Origin: Vicugna vicugna
Lineage: Eukaryota
Assembly (NCBI GenBank): GCA_013265495.1
Contig: MU058533.1
Coordinates: 124,001 to 165,946 of the forward strand
Reading direction: 5' to 3'
DNA: 41,946 nucleotides
Position numbers and translations under genes: made by a program. The notes below the pieces were generated by a model that saw only the letters and a program-made list of their open reading frames with translations, made no database searches and was not told the origin of the DNA. Of this stretch, positions 33,901 through 41,946 are shown one piece after another; position 1 is the first letter of the stretch; each line of letters opens with the position of its first letter.

Positions 33901-35401
33901 CTGTCCCTTGTTTGCTGAGGCAGGAACTTCCTCAGGGGCCTTGCCCTCTGGCTTATCTCCTGTTCCTCTCACCTTTCCCTACCACAGAATTTGAGCGCCG
34001 GCAAGCCCGCCCTCCAGACACCTCTGCGGCCCGGGGCAGTGAGGAGGCCAATGACCTACAGCAGAAGCTGGAGGAGGTGCGGCAACCTCCGCCCCGGGTC
34101 AGGCCTGTCCCCTCCCTGGTGCCCCGGCCCCCCCAGACATCACTTGTCAAGTTTGTTGGCAACATCTACACCCTCAAGTGCAGGTATGGAGCCCCCAGGG
34201 GAGGGAGGGAAGGAGACCACCTGCCTAGGGCTTGGCTGTCCAGAGCCTCTGAACAGGACAGGGGCTGGTGGAGGCAAGAGATGTAGCCTCAAGGGCTGTC
34301 TTGGGTGTGACTGGACCTGGGCTAAGGGCTCCTTACAGACAGCGGCACCTCAGAGCTTTGGGCCAAGACCCTGAGCTTTGTAGCCAGCAAGACCTGGGTT
34401 CAATTGCCAGCTCTGACACTAGCTTGGTGACCTCGAGCAAGGACCTCCTGCCCGATGCCTCAGTATTCCCACCTATAAAATGGGGTTGATAACAGACCTA
34501 CCTAATAGATTTGTTACAAGGATTAAAAGAGTTAAATATTTATAAAGCACTTTAACCATGCCTGGCGTATGGTATGCACTTGGCACGTGTCTGCCTCATT
34601 AAGAAAAAAATAGGTCTTAGTTCATTCTTACCAAAGTTCATGCATATATCAGAGACCAGGAAACTGAGAGTCTGAGATGTGAGGTGCCTGCCTCAGGCCA
34701 CACAGGCCAAGTCAGAAGTAGGATTCAAACCCAAGTCTCTGGAACCGTGAACTTGGGCTCTGGCCCCTATCCTGTGAGGCCTCCCTTGGGGCTGAGAAGG
34801 CAGGGAGCTGGTGAATTGGGTACATGAGTAGGGTGGGTGGAAGTTAGGAGTTAGTGCCCAAACGCCCCTTTCCCTGGCTCCTGTCCTGCTGTCCTGGGGC
34901 CTGGTGGGGTAGGATCTGCTTCTCTGTGTTCTCTCATGTCTCAGAGCACATAACTGAAGTTAGCTGGTGGAGGTGCTTATACCCAGCACCTGAGCCAGCA
35001 GACTGCCCTAAGCATAGAGCCAGAGGCCTCCAGGGGACCCTACCATGACCCCATGATGGACAGAGGAAGCCGTACATGGGGGAGCATCTAGCTTCTGGGT
35101 CCCCTTCCCTCAAACCCTGGGCTTGCTCTGTTCACGCTGAATAGCAGCAGGTGTGCCCGATGCTCAGGGCGGGGCCAGGGCTATGCTTCTGCCTCTCCTC
35201 ACTGCAGTGGCCACCCCCTCTCTCTCTGTTCCCCAACACAGGTTCTGTGAGGTGGAATTCCAGGGGCCCCTCTCCATCCAGGAGGAGTGGGTGCGGCACT
35301 TACAGCGGCACATCCTAGAGATGAATTTCTCCAAAGTGGACCCTCCGCCTGAGGAGCCTCAGGCCCCGCAGGCACAGACAGCGGCGACAGAGGCACCCTA
35401 A
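12733..35401 (+). CDS. WIZ: Protein Wiz (widely interspaced C2H2 zinc fingers; G9a/GLP-CtBP partner), longest isoform 1890 aa
   Basis: Join 12733-12937,17976-18048,19675-21815,22949-23272,27273-27443,28344-28847,29908-30306,30879-31430,32548-33075,33273-33692,33988-34183,35242-35401 = 5673 nt, in frame, GT-AG; repeated CxxCG..F.xRKGLSSHAR.HL fingers; C-terminus QAQTAATEAP. Confidence 0.97.
13425..13775 (-). mobile_element. L2 LINE fragment
   Basis: tgtgccaggctctattctaggcgctggggattcagc...gacattctagtaggggagacagac...gtgcaaaggccctgtgg. Confidence 0.75.
13900..14030 (-). mobile_element. MIR fragment
   Basis: attattatcc...agatggggaaactcagacccaaaagggttaagtaagttgtccaagg. Confidence 0.65.
16378..16609 (+). 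mobile_element. MER20 (hAT-Charlie DNA transposon fossil)
   Basis: ttggcaatgtctggagacatttttggttgtca...ctactggcatct...catcctaca...aaggttgaaaaactg. Confidence 0.85.
17317..17416 (+). repeat. 100-nt pure polypurine (GAAA/GAAG) low-complexity tract, inside L2-like sequence
   Basis: No pyrimidine in the interval. Confidence 0.92.
17976..18048 (+). CDS. WIZ: WIZ small coding exon (DGQPHPGLSEALPRATSATHRISS)
   Basis: tgcag| and |gtgagt; phase 1-2 bridges the flanking exons exactly. Confidence 0.88.
18325..18420 (+). mobile_element. MIR fragment
   Basis: cctctctgagtctcagtttcctcatctgtaaaatgg. Confidence 0.7.
19675..21815 (+). CDS. WIZ: WIZ large 2141-nt exon with 5 C2H2 fingers and KKKKK basic patch
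   Basis: gcag| and |gtagg; ORF 19556-21889 frame. Confidence 0.95.
22949..23272 (+). CDS. WIZ: WIZ zinc-finger exon (VANFDPGTFSLMRCDFCG...)
   Basis: cacag| and |gtaag, phase 1-1. Confidence 0.95.
23500..23730 (-). mobile_element. MIR SINE
   Basis: attatccccattttacagattaggaaactgaggcacagagag...ggatttgaa. Confidence 0.8.
23745..23895 (+). mobile_element. MER3-like hAT fragment
   Basis: actttctgagatgatggaaatgttct...gccacgtatggctgttgagcacttgaaat...ttggatagtgcag. Confidence 0.65.
25300..26200 (+). promoter_or_regulatory. WIZ: WIZ internal CpG-island promoter (short isoforms)
   Basis: CpG-dense; GC box GGGGCGGGGC at 25681-25690; YY1 motif CAAGATGGCCGCC at 25772-25784; strong donor at 25951. Confidence 0.88.
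25700..25951 (+). other. WIZ: WIZ alternative first exon (5' end approximate), contains ATG at 25776 out of frame with downstream WIZ
   Basis: Donor cgg|gtaaga at 25951/25952; strong Kozak AAGATGG. Confidence 0.8.
27273..27443 (+). CDS. WIZ: WIZ exon containing the short-isoform start MVAMDLGSP (ATG 27296)
   Basis: cacag| and |gtgagt, 171 nt, phase 1-1. Confidence 0.9.
28344..28847 (+). CDS. WIZ: WIZ zinc-finger exon (AQSLTTCEVCG...EGPLNL)
   Basis: tctag| and |gtgagt, phase 1-1. Confidence 0.95.
29908..30306 (+). CDS. WIZ: WIZ zinc-finger exon (LDSDGGRELDCQLCG...PSPLNL), likely cassette
   Basis: cgcag| and |gtaggt, phase 1-1. Confidence 0.92.
30879..31430 (+). CDS. WIZ: WIZ zinc-finger exon (SGPEPARDIRCEFCG...MTPLNL)
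   Basis: tgcag| and |gtaagt, phase 1-1. Confidence 0.95.
32548..33075 (+). CDS. WIZ: WIZ zinc-finger exon (SRAEPVRDIRCEFCG...EKTSHS)
   Basis: tgcag| and |gtaagc, phase 1-1. Confidence 0.95.
33273..33692 (+). CDS. WIZ: WIZ zinc-finger exon (TEACCELCG...RQNIN)
   Basis: tgcag| and |gtgagt, phase 1-1. Confidence 0.95.
33988..34183 (+). CDS. WIZ: WIZ penultimate coding exon (FERRQAR...IYTLKC)
   Basis: cacag| and |gtatgg, phase 1-2. Confidence 0.94.
34370..34600 (+). mobile_element. MIR SINE
   Basis: gacctgggttcaattgccagctctgacactagc...gcctcagtattccc...taaaatgggg...aggattaaa. Confidence 0.75.
35242..35401 (+). CDS. WIZ: WIZ last coding exon (FCEVEFQGPLSIQEEWVRHLQRH...EAP*)
   Basis: cacag| acceptor; TAA at 35399-35401. 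Confidence 0.95.
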
Positions 35402-36356
35402 CACAAAAGCATTCCAGATCCCCTCTCGTGCCACCTCTTTCTCCTCTTCCTCCTCCCTCTCCTCCCTCTTTCTTTTCCGTTTCCAAAGGAGCAAGCCAAA
35501 ACCTCAAACCGGCACCTTTCAGGGGCCGGGCACACTACAGCCGGGGCACCGGAAGCCAGCTAGCCACCCTTTCCCTAGCCCGAGGACTCTGGGGCCACAC
35601 ACAGGGAGGGCATCTTCCTTCAGCCCACACCCATCTGCCCACCCGGTTCAGCAGGGGCAGCAGCCAGGTCTCTGGTGGCAGCCGATCTGTTCACAGGGGA
35701 GGATGGCCAGCGCTCTCCCACGTCTAGCAGCCAGGCAGGGCTATGTTTGCCATCTGTGGCCATTTGCAAAGCCCCAAGGTCCCCTCCTGTCCCTGTGAAT
35801 ATCCTTTCACACACGCACGCACGCATGCACGCACTCACGTACTTCGTGAGACCCGGGAATCTGCCCCAGCCCTTCAGTTCCCGAGTCAAACGACGACCAC
35901 GTCATGCCACGGTGCTTGCTCAGGGGAAGGCACGCTCCCTATGCGGCCCGCTGCCAGGGCCTGGGAGCACCCCACTGAGCCCACAATGCCACGGAAATCC
36001 TTGTTGGCCGCCCCCCAAGAGGGGCCTTCCCTGTCGGGAAGAGCTCAGAGCTGACAGCTGCCTCCTGCCATGTCAAGGCCCCCCAGAGCCTCGGGGGCTC
36101 CGGGGTCTGGGAGGGGGCGGGGGTGGGACTCTCCTCCCCCACCCCCATCCCCTTCCTTCTTTTCACTGTTGCTTTCTATGTATAGCTCCCTAGACCTTTC
36201 ACTTTTTTAAAAACGCGTTTTGTGTAGAGAATAAGGAACGTGGATCTTTTTATTTTGCAATCCTGGGCCAGCTAGAAACCGGGAGCTGATTGACCTTTTA
36301 ACTTTTTTCAGTGGCCACATTTTGGTTATCAATGTACCTAGAAGTATGTAAATTAG

Positions 36357-36362
36357 ATTAAA
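36357..36362 (+). terminator. Probable WIZ polyadenylation signal ATTAAA
   Basis: Upstream TGTA elements (about 36333 and 36347) and downstream GT-rich gcgtgtgtttttctgtc at about 36400. Confidence 0.7.
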
Positions 36363-37829
36363 TTTCTCTTCTGGAAACACCCCGGGGCAGGCGGCCAGCG
36401 TGTGTTTTTCTGTCGAGTGGACAGGCTGGCACTGTCTGTCTGGCAGCCAGGGCTGGGATAGAGCTGCCTCCGCCAAAAAGCCCCTGGAAGCCCTGGGTTT
36501 TCCCGTTGGCCGCCAAGCCCACCAGACCTGTCTGGGGATGAGCCCACGTTCTCAGCTGTTGGCCCTCGATGCCATGGCTGGTAGGGGGCCCTGGCCAGCT
36601 GGTGAAGCAGTTCCTGTGAGCTGAGGAGAGGAACCAGGGCCCTGGGCAGCTGGTCTGGGAAGGGAGCCAGGATTAAGAAGTGATTGAGGCCGGAAGGGCT
36701 CTCCGAGGGCAGGAGCTGTCCAACGAGGGTGTGGGGGACTCGCTGGGGGAGGGTGAAGTACACAGCTGCTGGGAGCCTTCAGAGAGCTGGGACCGGCCTG
36801 CCTTCAAGACATGTGACTTATCTGGAGATACATGCAGCCTGAACATGACTAACAGGAGGGGAAAAAGAGAGCTGCTGGCTCCTTTTCAATGTTATTTATT
36901 TTCTCGTTCTGCAAATGTTTATTGAACATTTCTGAGATTTTAAGAGATTTTGTTGGCTGCTCCTTCTTGTTTATTGCATGTGGTTTTTCAGCTCATCATT
37001 TTCACTTAAATGGCCAAGGGCTGGAAAGTGGGAATGACCTCACCGGGCAGGGGCCTCCTCTGCCCCAACCCTATTATCCTCGGCCCCCCCACCATGCCCC
37101 TGGCTGGGAAGGAGGGAACAAGCTGTGATAACACGCCCAAAAGAGTGGTCTTGGCTGGCACACTTGGCTTTTCTGCTCGTGTGAGATCAGGACACATGTC
37201 TTGCCTGGTGGAGAGAAGGCCTCTACTACTTAAGTCTAACCCACGCTGTGGGTGGGCATGTCTGAGACTTTGAAAGTGGGGAGGCACCTCTTGGCATGAG
37301 AGTTGACCCAAAGGCACCTTTTCTTTAAACTTTTTATAAATTAGTTTTAAAAAAAGTGATAACCAGCTGGATGTTAAAAAAAAAAACTATACAAGCAGGA
37401 CTTGTAAAGTGGGAGCCCCCTCCCCACCCACAGTCGTACAGTGATAGCTGTGTTGGTCCTTGAAAGGTTGAATGCTGTTCTTGCCACAGAGGGATCTTTT
37501 CCTAAAACTTGTGAGCATACCCTTTAAGTAATTCTACTGCCTCTCTTTTGGAGGCAGAATATTGAATGTTAATGAAGTCATCAAATGAGGGTAAAATATG
37601 GGTGTGGTACATGCCAAGAAGGAAGCTATAGGATCCAGGAGATGTGTCCTGGGGCCCTGCCTTAGTTTGGAGGACAGACAGGCAGGCATCCCTGACACTG
37701 ATATGAGCACCACAGCTGGAGTGCACATTAATCAGAGTTACGTGCTTCATATAGGTAGTTTCTCAATGCATCATGATCCTTGTCCTACGTGGCAGCAAGT
37801 TCCGCATAAGCCCTGTTTTTGGAGGAGTT

Positions 37830-38100
37830 AAAAGATTTTATCATGGAGCATTCCAATCATACAAAAGTAGAAGAGTAAAATGAACTGTCATCTACTCATC
37901 AGTTATAACCTCATGTCCAAACTCTTCAGCTATAATCCCTCTGTGCCCTCCTCCCTTTCTGCCATCTGAATTATGGTGAAACACATCCTGGTCATCCGAT
38001 CAATTAATTTCTTAATATTTCAGCATATTTCTCTGAAAGATATGGACTCTTAAAAGTGCCATTGTTAAACTAAAGAAATGGACAATTCCTTAATATCAGA
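37830..38100. mobile_element. Old L1 (L1MC/L1ME-like) 3' fragment
   Basis: AT-rich; catacaaaagtag...atatttcagcatatttctct...aattccttaatatc motifs. Confidence 0.5.
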
Positions 38101-38949
38101 AAGTCAGCTGCAACATACTTTTTAAGTAAAACAAGATGCACAAGTCATATAGCTTGATAAATTGTCACAAACACATGTTAAGTACAATTTTCAGTGTCTG
38201 CAGCTTTGTCAAGTCATCTCTTAGAAGTTACGAGAGGTCTCTGACAGTAGATTACACACATCTACAGCCCAGCTTGGCTAGGCTGTAGGATCTCTAAAGT
38301 CCAGAACAAACCAAGAGGAGTTTAGAGGGGAAGCTCCAGCTTTAACACTTAAGTGTCAGGGACCTTGAGCAAGTCATGAATTCCAAGACTCAGTCTTCTT
38401 ATCTTTTAAATAGTAATTTCCCCCTGCTTTTCCTTTAATACGGTTGCCATCTTACATGACATACTAGTAGGTGCTTTCTTAATAGCATCTAATCTACTTT
38501 TTCGTTGCGCCAGTGGACATCCTAGGATAGAATTAAATGGGAATTTTTACAAAAAGTATCCTCGCAGATATGAGGAAGCATTTGATATGATAATACAAAT
38601 GTATTTATTACATATATAATGTAAACATGCTATTTAAATATATTTGTAATCGTTGTGTAACGGTCGATAACAAAACAACATTTCTTTAGCACACCTAGCA
38701 CTGGACTGATTTCTTTACATACATTGTGTGTTTGAACGTGTGCTCAGTATCTTGTTTGGCGCTTAGTTGTAATTTTCATCCCAATATGGCTTTACCGTGT
38801 TCATTTTGGAGCTGAAGGCAGAGAAGTTAAGAAAAAGCCTAGGTTGGCACAGCACCCACCGTGGAAGAGCCGGCCCTGGTGCAGAGCCCTTCGTTGCAGA
38901 CCTAGCTCCCTCTGGCGGGCCTCCAAGGTACAGGCCTTTCTCCCTCTCC

Positions 38950-39810
38950 GCCTCGCTTGGGCCTCAAGTCTTTCCGTAGTGTACAGCTCCGCCCCTTCGA
39001 ACTCTACGGGATTCCATCTTCAGGCCGTCTCCCAGCCAATCATCGTGGTCTCTGGATAACAGGAGGCGGGAACAGGGCGGGGCTCTCACGAGATTGGTAG
39101 CACCTTCAGCCACTGGCATGAGGATGCACTGAGATCGACAGCGGAGCTATCCAACAGCCGTGAAGCCAGGGTCCGGGGCGAGCCAATGCGGTCGGGAGGC
39201 AGGGCTCGATTGTGTGTAGAAGGGGCCGGGGGTGATTGTTGCCGCTATCGCTGCGTTGGATGCGTGGAGCAACCACCGGACTCCTCGGGTGCAGTGTTCG
39301 CTTCCGCCATGAGCTACACAGGTGGGCTTGGCAACGTAGGGGGTCGGACTCCGGGTGGGGAGGGACAGGGATGTGCCAGAGTTGAGCCGGGCTCGTCCGC
39401 ACCTCCCCCGGGGCTTGGACAGTGCCCTTTCTGCGGTCACAAAATGGCGCCGTGGGCCCGTCACTTCAGTTTTGCGCCCCTCACGCCTCAGCGCCTCAGT
39501 TCTCTGCTCTGGCAGCCTTGGTTCTCGGCTCCTGGCCTCCCTAAGTCTTGATTTCTGCTGCCTGTGTCCATGGGCTCCGGCCTCGGTGCCTGAGTTCTCG
39601 TCTCCGTTTCCTGGCCGGACCTCCTGGGCCCTCTTCGCCCTTTCTCAGGCCTTGGCCCTTCAAATCGGTCAGTGGACTCGGCTGCCGTCGCCATTGCCAT
39701 AGTCTCCCCCGCGCAGTTTCCCTGCAGAATGCCGCAACTGCCCGCTCCACGGCCGCCTTTGCCTGCGCCGGGCCGGGAGAGGTGCCAGGCCCCACGGGGG
39801 ACGAGTAAAT
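38950..39810 (+). promoter_or_regulatory. AKAP8L: AKAP8L CpG-island promoter
   Basis: CCAAT boxes at 39036, 39093 (reverse) and 39183; GC box at about 39075; YY1 AAAATGGCG at 39441; CpG-rich. Confidence 0.85.
39309..39321 (+). CDS. AKAP8L: A-kinase anchor protein 8-like, first coding exon (MSYT|G), 3'-partial
   Basis: GCCATGAGCTACACAG|gtggg; matches recalled AKAP8L N-terminus MSYTG and the gene order RASAL3-WIZ-AKAP8L. Confidence 0.88.
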
Positions 39811-40590
39811 GTATATTCGAAGGGTTCAGGATGTGGAGGGAACCTTGGGTCCTTAGGGGTTGAGCCTGGGCCTTGGGAGGGATGACTCGCTTTCATGTTA
39901 ACTCACTCAGCATCTGTCAAATTCGTCGCGTCAGGTGCTGAGTAGGCACTGGAATACTGACAAGAATTTCTCAAGCATTTTATAGAGGAGGGCAGACCAT
40001 AGTCGGCAAACAAATGAACATGGTATATATTATGCGTTGGTCAGTCCCCTGAGGGGGTTGCTGTATTACGTGGGGTAATTGGAGATCGCTAAAGACGCAC
40101 ATTTGAGCAGAGACCTGAATGGAATGAGGGCTTTAAGGATATCTGGCCCAGGGGGCCCTCAGCATAGAGACCCAGGTGGCAGGAACTGCCTCGCTTGTTT
40201 AAAGATCAGCCAAGGAGAGCAGTGGGATTTGAGCAAAGGGGAGGGTGAATGATGAGATTAGAGAGGGGGCCATGAGATATGCTTGGATGATTGCAGATCA
40301 TCCCTGGATGAATTCAAAGGCTGCCTGGGTTTGCCTTGGAAATAACTGGTGTGGCTTCTCAGCCAGGAGCCTCCCCCTTGATGGGGTTATTGCAGGCTTG
40401 AGCATGTGTGGTTGCCGGGTAACCTGCATTCTACTTGGAATGTTTAGGACTGAAAATGGAACCTGACCCCCTGGGGCTCTTCCATAGTCTGCTTTATATT
40501 GATCTAGACAAGAAGGTGATGCCAACCCTCCCTACTCCAGGTCAGAAGCTTGGCAAGAACCCCAGTTTTTTAAGCAACCATCTCTCAGCC

Positions 40591-40808
40591 CGGTGGTTCT
40601 CAACCAGGGGCAGTTTTGCCCTCCAGGGGACACTTGGCAGTGTTGGGAGACATTTTTGGTTGTCACTTCTGGGGATGGGGGTGCTACTAGTGCATCTGGT
40701 GGATAGAGATCTGGAATGCTGTTAAATATCCTTCAGTGCACAGGATGGCCCTACTATAAAGAATTATCTGGCTCCAAACATCAGTAGTGCCAAGGTTGAG
40801 CAACCTTG
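40591..40808 (+). mobile_element. MER20, near full length
   Basis: cggtggttctcaacc...gagacatttttggttgtcac...aagaattatctggc...gtgccaaggttgagcaaccttg. Confidence 0.88.
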
Positions 40809-41399
40809 CCCTAGCCTTTCTGTGCCATTCCTGGTTCAGGAGATTCTGTGATTTTTTAGGGGCAGGACTGCTGAAGAAACCAGGAGATGAATGGGTGGGT
40901 GCTGTGGCATAGCTTAATAATGGAGCATTTATTTTTATAGACAAGGAAGTTGAGTTAGAGGGGTCGCTAATGACCAAGTCTGAATTTCAACTCCACTTCT
41001 TGTAGGCTGTAATTCTGGGTTTGAGTGGGCACTGAGGTAGCCAAGCTAATGAGTTAATGATTAGTTTTTCCTTGATCTTGATCAGCTGAAAACCACACAG
41101 CGGCTTTATGAGTCTTTCCCTTTTAAGAAGCAGACCATTAAAACCAAAGGCATTTTAAGTCACATTTCAGACAACTATTTGCCTTTAAGGAGAAGTTGTA
41201 GGAGGCTTTGAAGCAAACGTTACCATTATTACTAACTATAGTTAAAATAATATATCTTTTTGATGATTTGTCCAGCTTTTGAACGTAGTTTCTTTATATA
41301 TGTTTGAGAAAGAAGTTTCCATCTCTAGCACTAAGGGCCAGATTGGAACAGTGGAAAAACAGGACAAAAATCCAGTTTCAGGCCTTCAAACAAAGGTCT

Positions 41400-41845
41400 G
41401 AAATGCTACCAGTCTTTTCATAGGAACATTTGTTATCTCACATAGTTTCTGTGTGTTAGGAGTGCACAAGTGGTTTAGCTGGATGTTTCTGGTTTGGGAT
41501 TTCTCATGAGGTTATATTTTGACTATTAGGACTGTAGTCTTTCAAAGGCTTTACTGGGCTTTGAAGATGACTCAGACTCATGTGACTGACAGGTTGATGC
41601 TGGCTGTGGGTTCCTAACCATCTGGACCTCTCCACAGGCCTAACAGAGGGTCCTCACTACATGATGGCTAGTTTCCCCGAGAGTGAATGATCTAAGGGAG
41701 AGCAAGGAGAAGCCTCAGAAGTCAGACTTAGTCATTTCTGCAAGATCTTATTGGTTAGACTGTCCACCTCTATTAGTTTGGAAAGGGACAATATAATGTC
41801 AGGAGGCAAGAATCACTGGAAGCTGTCTTGGATGCTGGTTACCCC
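41400..41845 (-). mobile_element. MLT1-family MaLR LTR
   Basis: tatctcacatagtttctgtg...ttgatgctggctgtggg...ctctccacagg...agcctcagaagtca...aggaggcaagaatcactgga. Confidence 0.7.
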
Positions 41846-41946
41846 CAGATAGTAGAGGTTGGAGGCAACCTAACTTAATTCCAGTTGTCCTCTAATTTTT
41901 GTCACTTTCTATCATTTCCTCAAAGAATCCTCTTCTGAAAAAAAAA

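Noticed and set aside
39322..41946. Further AKAP8L coding exons
   Set aside because: No exon encoding the expected continuation (FVQGSETT..., recalled) was found; the region is intron 1 with L2, MER20 and MLT1 relics

Overview
This is mammalian genomic DNA from the RASAL3-WIZ-AKAP8L tandem cluster (the synteny block of human 19p13.12), with all three genes on the + strand. The window holds the last 16 coding exons of RASAL3 (1275-9197; the start codon lies upstream). It holds the complete WIZ gene: a CpG-island promoter at about 10.9-11.9 kb with a 120-N gap, and 12 coding exons at 12733-35401 that splice to 1890 aa. WIZ also has an internal CpG-island promoter and alternative first exon at about 25.3-26.2 kb, and an ATTAAA polyA signal at 36357. 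The AKAP8L promoter and first exon (MSYT|G) are at about 39.0-39.3 kb. All exon junctions were checked by hand for GT-AG and phase. The repeats I recognise are only ancient ones (MIR, L2, MER20, MER3, MER53, MLT1, old L1); I saw no Alu or other young SINE, so it is probably not a primate. This is a known locus, not a new gene system. The best leads are: (i) an apparent 1-nt frameshift that turns the ATG of the WIZ internal first exon into a 62-aa uORF; (ii) opposite-polarity TGACC and GGTCA motif clusters in the introns flanking an in-frame-skippable 558-nt block of the RASAL3 GAP domain; (iii) a phase-1 exon cassette in WIZ that preserves the PLNL[S/T] motif under any skipping; (iv) near-identical WIZ zinc-finger exons suggestive of gene conversion. 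Gene and repeat identifications rest on recalled sequences, not database searches.
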